Positions 26,611 through 34,329 of a stretch of DNA of 64,000 bases are shown in pieces. The notes under the pieces were generated by a model. The model was not told where the DNA came from and searched no databases. It saw only the letters and a list, made by a program, of their open reading frames with translations. The DNA comes from an uncultured Solirubrobacterales bacterium (lineage in GTDB: Bacteria; Actinomycetota; Thermoleophilia; Solirubrobacterales; 70-9), in assembly GCA_963777775.1 (NCBI GenBank), contig CAVZRL010000003.1, positions 28,751 through 92,750 on the forward strand, given 5' to 3'. Position 1 is the first letter of the stretch. Every line of letters begins with the position of its first letter. Made by a program: the position numbers and the translations under genes.

Positions 26611-27525
26611 CTACTTGCTTGCCTTGGCCTTGCTTCGCGATCGGCTCGAGCCGCTCTTCGACTTCGCCGCGGGCTTCGGCTTCGACTTCGAGCGCGCCGG
26701 CGCGGGCTTGGCGGTACCGCCATCGCCCTTCGCGAGGTCCTCGCCCTTGACCGCCGCGAGCGACTCCTCGAGCGCCGCCATCAGGTCCGGGGCCTTGGTC
26801 GGCGTCGGCGCCTCGGACTTCGCGGCGACCACGCTCTCGCCCTTCGCCTTGCGCTCGATCAGCGCCAGCACCTCCTCGCGATACTCGTCGCGGTACTCGC
26901 CGGCCTCGAACTCGCCGGCCAGGGAGTCGATCAGCGCTTTCGCCATCTCGAGCTCCTTCTTGGTCGGCTTGCCGGGGTCGCCCTCGATCGAGTCGGCGAT
27001 CTCGTCGGGGGTTACCACCTCGTCGGCGAACCGCATCGTCGCCATCGTCATCACCCCGTCCATCGGCCGCAGCGCGGCCAGGTTCTCCTTGTTGCGGAGC
27101 ACGAAGCGCGCGATTGCGACCTTGCGCGAGTCCTCCATCGCCTTGACCAGCAGCCCATACGCCTTCTCGGCTCCCTTGTCGGGGCCGAGGTAGTAGGGGT
27201 GGTCGAAGTAGATCGGGTCGATGTCGTCGAGGTCGACGAAGTCCTTGATCTCGATCGCCCTGGTCTTCTTCGGGTCGAGCTGCTCGAGCTCGTCGCGGGT
27301 GACGACGACGTACTGCTCGGGCGCGACCTCATAGCCCTTGACGATCTCCTCGTAGGGGACCTCCTCGCCGTCGGCCTCGGCGACGCGCTTGTGGCGGATT
27401 CGCGAGCCGTCGGACTCGCGCAGCTCGCGAAAGCTGACCGACTTCTTCGAGACGGCGGAGTACAGCTTCACGGGCACGTTGAGGAGCCCGAAGGAGATCG
27501 AACCTGACCAGATCGCGCGAGGCAT
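26611..27525 (-). CDS. ku: NHEJ DNA end-binding protein Ku
   Basis: MPRAIWSGSISFGLLNVPVKLYSA... and a Lys-rich C-terminal tail. Confidence 0.95.
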   Translation of the reverse strand: MPRAIWSGSISFGLLNVPVKLYSAVSKKSVSFRELRESDGSRIRHKRVAEADGEEVPYEEIVKGYEVAPEQYVVVTRDELEQLDPKKTRAIEIKDFVDLDDIDPIYFDHPYYLGPDKGAEKAYGLLVKAMEDSRKVAIARFVLRNKENLAALRPMDGVMTMATMRFADEVVTPDEIADSIEGDPGKPTKKELEMAKALIDSLAGEFEAGEYRDEYREEVLALIERKAKGESVVAAKSEAPTPTKAPDLMAALEESLAAVKGEDLAKGDGGTAKPAPARSKSKPKPAAKSKSGSSRSRSKAKASK

Positions 27526-27609
27526 GGGTTACCTAGTACCCGAGACTAGCGGCGCAATCCTGCTTCTTGCAGGCTCCGAACGCGATCTTGCGCCCGGCGC
27601 GACCGGCGC

Positions 27610-28113
27610 TCACGGCGGCGCGAGCACGAAAATCGCGATCCGGCGGTCCGAGGCGCGGCGCTCGTACTGCGACCAGCCCGGATACACCTCCAGCCCCTGC
27701 GCCCAGATCCGCTCGCGTTGGGCGCCGCTCGCCTCGACGGCCCGGAAGGGACGGCTCTCGCCGTCGACGGTCACCTCGCCGGTCGGGTCGGCGCGCAGGT
27801 TGTAGTACCAGGCCGGGTGACTGCTCTGACCGTAGTTGGATGCGATCACGGCGAGGCCGTCGGCGGTCGGCAAGCCGAGGACCGGCACTGTGCGCGGCAG
27901 GCCGCTGCGCGCCCCGGTCGTGGTCAGCATCACGACGTCGAGGCCCGAGACCAGGCTGGCGAACGTATGGCGGCCGTTGGTCAGCCGGTACACGGGCCGG
28001 TCGATGTGATGCAGGACGCGGGCGAAGAACCAGGAGCCGGGACCGCTGGCGGCGAAGCGCCGCAGCACCTTCTGAAACGGGTGCGCGTCGGCGTAGGTGC
28101 GGCCGTCGGTCAT
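27610..28113 (-). CDS. Deazaflavin(F420)-dependent nitroreductase-family protein (DUF385/Ddn-like)
   Basis: MLTTTGARSGLPRTVPV...VIASNYGQSSHPAWYYNLRADP. The start is set at ATG 28113, which has GGGAGG 6 nt upstream. The 28158 alternative overlaps the ligase gene. Confidence 0.85.
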   Translation of the reverse strand: MTDGRTYADAHPFQKVLRRFAASGPGSWFFARVLHHIDRPVYRLTNGRHTFASLVSGLDVVMLTTTGARSGLPRTVPVLGLPTADGLAVIASNYGQSSHPAWYYNLRADPTGEVTVDGESRPFRAVEASGAQRERIWAQGLEVYPGWSQYERRASDRRIAIFVLAPP

Positions 28114-28132
28114 CGCATGCCTCCCGCGCAAC

Positions 28133-29215
28133 CTAGACGATCGATCCCCGCCCGGCAATCGCCTCGCGGACGACGTCGCGGGGGTCCTTGTCGTCGCGCA
28201 ACCCCTTGAACGCGGACTGGCGGAGGGTCCCCTCGCGCGTCCATTCGCTGAACTCGACCTCGCAGACCAGCTCCGGTTCGACCCAGATCGGGCCGGCGCC
28301 GCGCGCGCGGGCCCGCTGCGCGTATTTGGCCCGCGGGTCCTCGCCGAGCTCGAACGGGCTCTGCTCGCGCCGCAACGGCGCCAGCATCGCGGTCAGCCGG
28401 TCGAGCATCGCCTGGGTGAAGCCGGTTCCCACCCCGCCCGCGTAGACGAGTCGCTGCGGGCGGCCGAGGCGGGCAGCCTCCTCCGGGGTGGCGTCCCAGT
28501 GGCCGACGAGCAGCGAGCCGACCCGCCCGCCGCGAGTCCCCTCGCCGGGCATCCAGCCGCCGATCACCAGCTCCTGGCCGAGCCGGTTGCGGACCTTGAC
28601 CCACTCGCGGCTTCGCCGCCCGGGCCGGTAAGACGAGTCGAGCCGCTTGGCGACGATGCCCTCCAGGTTTCGCTCCCGCACCACCTGCCACAGTGCCTCG
28701 CCCTCGCCGACGTGATGGCGCGGCGCCTGCCAGTGCACGTCGTCGAAGCCGAGCCCGGTGAGCAGCCCGCGGCGCTCCTCGTAGGTCTCGTCGAGCAGCG
28801 AGCGCCCGTCGAGCCAGAGCAGGTCGAAGGCGACGTAAGCGACCGGGACCTCGGCGGCGCGGGCGCGGATCGTCGCCTGGTTGGCGAGCCCCATGCGCCG
28901 CTGCAGGAGCTGGAAGCTCGGTCGCGCGGAGTCGTCGAAGGCGACGACCTCGCCGTCGACGACCGCGCGGTGGCCGCGGAGCGCCGGCGGCGGAGCCGCG
29001 AGCTCGGGGTAGCGGGCCGTGGCATCGGTGCCGCGGCCCTGGCTGACGCGGACCTCGGCCGCTTCGGCGAAAGCGAGCGCCCGCACCCCGTCCCACTTGA
29101 CCTCGAACGCCCAGCCGTCGCCTCGCGGCGGCTCGGCCGCGGGGGTCGCTCGCATCGGCTCGAGCCCGCCGGGCATCGGCTCGAGCCCGTCCTCGATTCG
29201 GTCCCGTCGCGCCAT
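28133..29215 (-). CDS. ATP-dependent DNA ligase (LigD ligase-domain / LigC-like)
   Basis: Adenylation motif I FEVKWDGVRAL, an OB-fold C-terminal region (EVEFSEWT), and the same strand as ku. Confidence 0.9.
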   Translation of the reverse strand: MARRDRIEDGLEPMPGGLEPMRATPAAEPPRGDGWAFEVKWDGVRALAFAEAAEVRVSQGRGTDATARYPELAAPPPALRGHRAVVDGEVVAFDDSARPSFQLLQRRMGLANQATIRARAAEVPVAYVAFDLLWLDGRSLLDETYEERRGLLTGLGFDDVHWQAPRHHVGEGEALWQVVRERNLEGIVAKRLDSSYRPGRRSREWVKVRNRLGQELVIGGWMPGEGTRGGRVGSLLVGHWDATPEEAARLGRPQRLVYAGGVGTGFTQAMLDRLTAMLAPLRREQSPFELGEDPRAKYAQRARARGAGPIWVEPELVCEVEFSEWTREGTLRQSAFKGLRDDKDPRDVVREAIAGRGSIV

Positions 29216-29220
29216 AGGCC

Positions 29221-29226
29221 GATAAT
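29221..29226. promoter_or_regulatory. Shared AT-rich hexamer that reads as a -10 box on both strands of a 17-bp divergent intergenic region
   Basis: Plus strand: GATAAT, 6 nt, then ATG 29233. Minus strand: GATTAT, 6 nt, then ATG 29215. Confidence 0.3.
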
Positions 29227-29232
29227 CGCAGC

Positions 29233-29901
29233 ATGCTGTTCGAGCTCGAGCAGGTCACCCTGGCGCGGGCGGGCAACTCGGTGCTGCGGGGCCTCAGCGC
29301 CAGGATCCCCGCCGGAGCGACCTGCCTCGCCGGGCCCTCGGGCTCGGGCAAGTCGACCGTGCTGCGGCTGCTCGACCGGCTCGCCGACCCGGACTCCGGT
29401 GTCGTTCGCTACCTCGGCGATGACGTTCGCGAGCGCGACCCGCTCGCGCTTCGCCGCGAGGTCGGGCTGGTGCCGCAGCTTCCCGCCCTGCTCGCCGGGA
29501 CCGTGGGGGACAACCTGCGCTTCGCGGCCCGGCTCGTCGGCCGCGAGCCCGAGCCCGATCGCCTGCTCGACCTCGCCGGGCTCGATCCCGGCTTCGGCGG
29601 GCGCGACGGGGCGAAGCTCTCGGTCGGCGAGCAGCAGCGGGTGATGCTCGCCCGGGCGCTCGCGCTCGAGCCGTCGACCCTGCTGCTCGACGAGCCGACC
29701 TCGGCCCTCGACGCGGCGGCGACCGGCGCCGTGGAGGAGACGCTGACCGAGTTGCGCGAGCGGCTCGACCTCTCGCTCGTGCTCGTCACCCACGACCTCG
29801 ACCAGGCGCGGAGGATGTCGGACTGGGTGGTGCGGATCGAGGCCGGGCGGGCGGACGGCGAGGGTCCGACCGCCGAGCTGCTCGCCGGGGCGATCGGCTG
29901 A
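29233..29901 (+). CDS. ABC transporter ATP-binding protein (FetA/YbbL-like)
   Basis: Walker A GPSGSGKST, signature LSVGEQQR and Walker B LLLDEPTSALD. Confidence 0.9.
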   Translation: MLFELEQVTLARAGNSVLRGLSARIPAGATCLAGPSGSGKSTVLRLLDRLADPDSGVVRYLGDDVRERDPLALRREVGLVPQLPALLAGTVGDNLRFAARLVGREPEPDRLLDLAGLDPGFGGRDGAKLSVGEQQRVMLARALALEPSTLLLDEPTSALDAAATGAVEETLTELRERLDLSLVLVTHDLDQARRMSDWVVRIEAGRADGEGPTAELLAGAIG

Positions 29902-30680
29902 TGGACGCGGTCGGGATCGACGTCAGCCTCGGCGAGGTCGCGGCGAGCCTGGTCCTGGTCGCGATCGCAATCGGCGTCTCGCTTTGGCGCCGGACCGGGC
30001 TCGAGGACGAGATCGCGGTCGCGGTCCTGCGCTCGTTCGTGCAGCTGGTCGCGATCGGCTACGTGATCCAGGCGATCTTCGACCAGGACAGCTTGCTGCT
30101 TGTCTTCGCGCTGATCGCGGTCATGGTCGTGTTCGGGGCCTTCACCGCGCGCCGGCGGGCGAAACGGGTGCCCGGGGCGCTCGGGCCGCTGCTGATCGCC
30201 CTCGGCGTCGCGGGGGCGGCGACCCTGGGGCTGGTGGTCGCTTTGGGTGTCTTCGAGCCAGAGCCTCGCTACCTGGTCCCGGTCGGCGGGATGGTGATCG
30301 GCAACTCGATGACCGCTGCCGCGGTGGCGCTGAACCGGCTCGGCGACGAGATGACCGACCGGGCGCGCGAGATCGAGGCGACCCTGGCGCTCGGGGCGAC
30401 CGCGACGGTCGCCGCGGCGCCGAGCCTGCGCCGCAGCCTGCGCTCGGGGACGATCGCGCTGATCGACTCGACCAAGACCACCGGGCTGATCTTCTTCCCC
30501 GGCACGATGGTCGGGATGCTGCTCGCCGGCGCCGACCCGATCGACGCGGTGCGCCTGCAGCTGATCCTGCTCTGGGTCCTGCTCGGCAGCGTCGCGCTCT
30601 CCGCCTTGATCGCGACCTCGCTCGCCTACCGCAACTTCTTCACCTCCGCGCACCAGCTCCGCGAACCGCCCGAGCCGTAG
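29901..30680 (+). CDS. ABC transporter permease, UPF0014 family (FetB/YbbM-like putative iron exporter)
   Basis: ATG overlaps the ATPase stop. Polytopic, with VQLVAIGYVIQAIF and IDSTKTTGLIFFPGTMVGM segments typical of YbbM/FetB. Confidence 0.75.
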   Translation: MDAVGIDVSLGEVAASLVLVAIAIGVSLWRRTGLEDEIAVAVLRSFVQLVAIGYVIQAIFDQDSLLLVFALIAVMVVFGAFTARRRAKRVPGALGPLLIALGVAGAATLGLVVALGVFEPEPRYLVPVGGMVIGNSMTAAAVALNRLGDEMTDRAREIEATLALGATATVAAAPSLRRSLRSGTIALIDSTKTTGLIFFPGTMVGMLLAGADPIDAVRLQLILLWVLLGSVALSALIATSLAYRNFFTSAHQLREPPEP

Positions 30681-30686
30681 CGTCCG

Positions 30687-31802
30687 TCAGCGCTGCGGGA
30701 GGATCCAGCCGCTGACGCGGGGGAAGGACTCGGCGCCGGTGCCGCCCGGGTCGAACTGCTCGGTAATCGAGTCGATCGCGACCACCTTTCCTGAGCGCTT
30801 GGTTGGAATGAACAGCCATTGGTCCGCGGCCGGCCAGCCGACGAGCAGCCAGCGGCCGTCGGGCGACCAGGTCGGACCGGTGAGCTCACCACGGGCGGAG
30901 AAGAGGACGCGCCCGTCGCCGCCGTCGGGGATCAGGACGAGCTCGTCCCCGGCCCGGACGTGGTGGATCGTCGCCAGCGACGAACCATCGGGCGAGGTCG
31001 CTGGTCCGACCCGTTGCTCCGAAGCAGGCGTGGTCAACAGCTCGACGTCCTGGCGCGTGGTCGGCAGTCGCTCGCCGGTGTCGACGTCCACAGTGCGGAC
31101 GTCCGTCTCATCCGAGGCATAGGTGAGCACGTGGACCGGGCGGGCGCCGGGCGCGACCTTTGCCTCCGGCGGGGGTGGGCGCCACGCCGGTGGCACCGGC
31201 GACACGTCGCGCTCCAGCAGCCGCTCGTCGCTGCCGTCGCCGTCGACGACCCAGAGATCGTCGCCGCTGCGATACGCGATCCGGGTGTCGAACCCGATTC
31301 CGCCCCAGCGCGGGTCGTGGACGGTGGCCGGCGCGTCGATCGTCCAGCGCACCTCGCCGACCGGGTCCACGGCGAGCAGCTCCCGACCCTCGGCGACCGC
31401 GACGAACAGCCCGCGCGGCGACCAGCTCGCCTCCTCGTAGTCGCCGAGCAGCCGCTTCGAGCCGTCCTCGCGCACGATCCACGGCCCCTGCCCGGACTCG
31501 ACCAGCAGCTCGCCCTCGGCCGGCAGCGAGCGCAGCGCCGGCTTCGCGTCCTCCTCGCCGATCCCGACCACGTCGGAGACGAGGTCGCCGACCTTCGCTC
31601 CGGCCGGGCTGAGCACGATCGCGAGCACCGCCAGGCCGCCGCCGAGCGCGAGCGCGAGCGGCCGAGCGCGGTGGGCTTGCCGGGCTGGCGTCCGCTCCTT
31701 ATAGGCGGTCCGGACGACCTCCCACGAGCGCTGCTCGGCCTCCTCCTCGCCAGGGACGCGGACGTCGCGCAGGCGGGCGCCGGGATCGGGGTCGCGGCTC
31801 AT
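30687..31802 (-). CDS. Putative single-pass anti-sigma factor with an extracytoplasmic TolB/PD40-like beta-propeller domain
   Basis: ATG 31802 overlaps the sigma stop (ATGA). Short cytoplasmic N-terminus, a TM (LALALGGGLAVLAIVL), and repeated SPDG/SPRG motifs. No HxxxCxxC motif. Confidence 0.65.
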   Translation of the reverse strand: MSRDPDPGARLRDVRVPGEEEAEQRSWEVVRTAYKERTPARQAHRARPLALALGGGLAVLAIVLSPAGAKVGDLVSDVVGIGEEDAKPALRSLPAEGELLVESGQGPWIVREDGSKRLLGDYEEASWSPRGLFVAVAEGRELLAVDPVGEVRWTIDAPATVHDPRWGGIGFDTRIAYRSGDDLWVVDGDGSDERLLERDVSPVPPAWRPPPPEAKVAPGARPVHVLTYASDETDVRTVDVDTGERLPTTRQDVELLTTPASEQRVGPATSPDGSSLATIHHVRAGDELVLIPDGGDGRVLFSARGELTGPTWSPDGRWLLVGWPAADQWLFIPTKRSGKVVAIDSITEQFDPGGTGAESFPRVSGWILPQR

Positions 31803-32425
31803 CGCGCGTCCTCCTCGACGGCCGGCCGGAGGCGATCGAGGCCGCGCCGCAGGCGCGAGTTCACGGTCCCGCGCGGGAGCCCGAGCATCTCGGCGATCTC
31901 GCCGGGCGTGTACTCGAGCACGTAGCGGAGCACGACCACCGCCCGGTGCTCGGGCGGGAGCGCGGCGAGCGCGGCGAGGACCTGGTCCGAGATCGCGTCG
32001 GGATCCGGAGCGGCGGGCTCGGAGGCGGGGGAGAGGGCGCTCTCGCGCCGCAGCGCCCGGGCCCGTGCGTGGTCGATCGCCCGGTTGACGGTGATCCGGT
32101 GCAGCCAGGGCCCGAACGGGCGCCTGCGGTCGAACCGGTCGAGCGCCCGGATCGCGGCCAGGAACGACTCCTGGGCGATGTCCTCGGCGGCGCTCGCGTC
32201 GGCGACGACGAGATAGGCGGCGCGGTGGGCGCGTCGCCAATGGCGGCGGAACAGTTCCTCGAGCGCCTCCGAGGAGCCCCGCTGGGCGTCGCGAATCAGC
32301 GCCGTCTCCCGCCGCGCGCGCAGCAGGCCCCGTCGGGGGAGCCCCGAGAGGCGCTCGGAGGCCTGGTTCGCGGTCATCCTCGGCCACGATTGTCCCGCGA
32401 ACCGCAGCGCCACGGCCTCGCTCAT
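31799..32425 (-). CDS. ECF-type RNA polymerase sigma-70 family factor
   Basis: Region 2 (AEDIAQESFLAAIRALDRFD...FGPWLHRITVNRAIDHAR) and region 4 (YTPGEIAEMLGLPRGTVNSRLRRG). ATG 32425 overlaps the upstream stop. Confidence 0.9.
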   Translation of the reverse strand: MSEAVALRFAGQSWPRMTANQASERLSGLPRRGLLRARRETALIRDAQRGSSEALEELFRRHWRRAHRAAYLVVADASAAEDIAQESFLAAIRALDRFDRRRPFGPWLHRITVNRAIDHARARALRRESALSPASEPAAPDPDAISDQVLAALAALPPEHRAVVVLRYVLEYTPGEIAEMLGLPRGTVNSRLRRGLDRLRPAVEEDAR

Positions 32426-33243
32426 CGCGGTCCCCGCATCAGCTCGCCGGCGAGCGCCAGGATTGCCGCCGCATGGCGGTCGGCATGGACATGGCCGGCG
32501 GCGGGCAGCTCGACGACGAAGGAGCTCGTGCCCCGAAAGCGGCGGTTCTGCCAGTTCGGAGCCGTCCCGTCCATCCACGGCAGGCGGTGAAAGGGAAGCC
32601 CGGCGAGGCGGGCGTAGACGCGGGCCGCCGGGACGCTCGGTCCCCAGGCGCGCACCAGGGGCTCGGCCTGCTGGTGGAACCAGATCGTGACCTCCGGCCG
32701 CAGCCGGCGGATCAGCCGCCGCGCGATCCGGGTCTCGGGCTCGGAGAATGGCGCCGGCCCCGAGTGCTCGGGGTCGCCGCGGGCGCCGATCGGCCGCCAG
32801 TCGGAGGCGAAGTTGCGGTTCAGGTCGACGCCGCGGCCGTTGAGGCGGGTGCCGAGGGCGAGGCCGTCGGGGTTCAGGTTCCGGACGACGATCAGATCAC
32901 CCGCCTCCGGGCGGCGACAGAAGTAGGCGCGCCTGACCGCGGCGATGCCCGCGCACTCGTCGCCGTGGATGCAGCCGATCGCGAGTATGCGCGGGCCCGA
33001 GCCTCGGTCGTCGCGAGCGCCCCCGTTGACCGCGGTCGCCTCGATCGGGCGCCCCTCGGCTGAGCGGCCGACGATCGCGGTCGTCCGGCGGATCACGTCG
33101 CGGCGCGGCGCGACCGTGCGCCCGAGCTCAGCCAGCGCTGCCGACGGCGTGGCAGGCGCGGCGGTGCCCCCGACGTCCGAGACGCCGAGGGCGGCCACCG
33201 CCAGACCGGCAAGCGCGAGGATGATCAGCGGGCCGGCTCGCAC
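32422..33243 (-). CDS. Secreted M14-family zinc carboxypeptidase (murein peptide amidase/gamma-D-Glu-DAP peptidase-like)
   Basis: Signal peptide and the zinc motif IHGDECAG (HxxE). The size and pattern fit MpaA-like M14 peptidases. Confidence 0.75.
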   Translation of the reverse strand: MRAGPLIILALAGLAVAALGVSDVGGTAAPATPSAALAELGRTVAPRRDVIRRTTAIVGRSAEGRPIEATAVNGGARDDRGSGPRILAIGCIHGDECAGIAAVRRAYFCRRPEAGDLIVVRNLNPDGLALGTRLNGRGVDLNRNFASDWRPIGARGDPEHSGPAPFSEPETRIARRLIRRLRPEVTIWFHQQAEPLVRAWGPSVPAARVYARLAGLPFHRLPWMDGTAPNWQNRRFRGTSSFVVELPAAGHVHADRHAAAILALAGELMRGPR

Positions 33244-34226
33244 TCACCGCCCTCGCGACCCACGCCCCTTGCCCGCAGCCGCCGCACCAGCACCGCGCAG
33301 ACGGCGGCGAGGAGCGCCAGGCCGGCGACAATCGCCCCCCACGGGGCGCCGGGGTCATCGCTCGCGACGGGTTCCGCGATCGGCTCGCTGACGCTGTAGG
33401 ACTTCAGGTCGACACTCGCGATCGGCTCGCCGCGGTCGATGACCGCGAGGCTCGACCCGTCGGCGCTCGGCTGCAGGCCAAGACGCCAGACCTGCCGGTG
33501 AGCGGCGAGCAGGTCGAGGTCGATGCAGACGGCGGTCCCGCGTTGCGTGTCGAGGGCGTGGATAAACGGCGGATGGTCTCGCTCCGCGGGTTCGTAGAGG
33601 GTGTAGGCCCAGCGGCCGTCGGGGCTCGTCCCCCGCGTCTGCGGAAACCCGGCCATCTCCTCGCCGGATTCGTTCGGGTCGACGATCGGGTCGGGAAGCA
33701 GCTTGCCCCGCTCGAAGTCGTAGACCCGCACCTCGTAGGCGGTCGGGTTGCGCGGGGCCGGGTAGCGGATCAGGTACATCGAGCGCCCGTCGGGCGACAG
33801 CGCGTCGAAGCTGAAGTCGTCGCGCAATGTGAGCCGCTCGCGCAGCTCGAGCTGGGCGGTGTCGAAGACGGCGAAGGTCGTCGTCGCCCGCGGAAAGCTC
33901 CGCCGCGGCTCGATCACGACCAGCGTCCGCCCGTCGGCCGAGAGGCCACTGGGGGTGGCGTCGTAGGCGACCAGCGGGACGCCGTAATCGCCGGGCAGCA
34001 CGGTCGAGCGCAGGATCTCGCCGCTGCCGGCGGCGATCTTGACCACCGCTGTGTCGCCGCCCGCCGCCACGGTCGCGTAGCGGAAGTCGCCGTCGCGACT
34101 GGCGACCCCGGCGTTGTCGCCGCCGTCGAACGGCACCGGCAGCCCATCGCCCGAGGCCGTCGAGGCCGCGCCGCCACACGCGGCCAGCGCCAGCACGCAC
34201 CCGAGCATCATTCGTATCGCGGACAT
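33225..34226 (-). CDS. Lipoprotein with PD40-like beta-propeller motifs and a C-terminal TM anchor
   Basis: ATG 34226. Lipobox LAAC|GG, repeated SPDGR/SADGR motifs, and a C-terminal hydrophobic helix followed by RRLRAR. Confidence 0.65.
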   Translation of the reverse strand: MSAIRMMLGCVLALAACGGAASTASGDGLPVPFDGGDNAGVASRDGDFRYATVAAGGDTAVVKIAAGSGEILRSTVLPGDYGVPLVAYDATPSGLSADGRTLVVIEPRRSFPRATTTFAVFDTAQLELRERLTLRDDFSFDALSPDGRSMYLIRYPAPRNPTAYEVRVYDFERGKLLPDPIVDPNESGEEMAGFPQTRGTSPDGRWAYTLYEPAERDHPPFIHALDTQRGTAVCIDLDLLAAHRQVWRLGLQPSADGSSLAVIDRGEPIASVDLKSYSVSEPIAEPVASDDPGAPWGAIVAGLALLAAVCAVLVRRLRARGVGREGGECEPAR

Positions 34227-34329
34227 CGCGCTCCCTTCGCGCGTCGAGTTCGTCTGCTGCTGGTACGGGCCCGGGCGCCGCGGAGGTCCGACCTGGTTGG
34301 CCCCGGACCCGCCTGCCAGACTCGGCCAG

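Noticed and set aside
26605-26625. A programmed frameshift that fuses Ku to LigD-Pol, because the Pol frame is open across the Ku stop.
   Set aside because: There is no slippery heptamer (X XXY YYZ) or obvious stimulatory structure at the junction. A non-canonical start or a short N-terminal truncation is the simpler explanation.
27526-27560. A leaderless promoter for ku (TTGCGC-N16-TAGGTA on the minus strand).
   Set aside because: The -10 candidate ends only 4 nt before the ATG, unlike the consistent 6-7 nt seen elsewhere. Alternative hexamers lack a matching -35.
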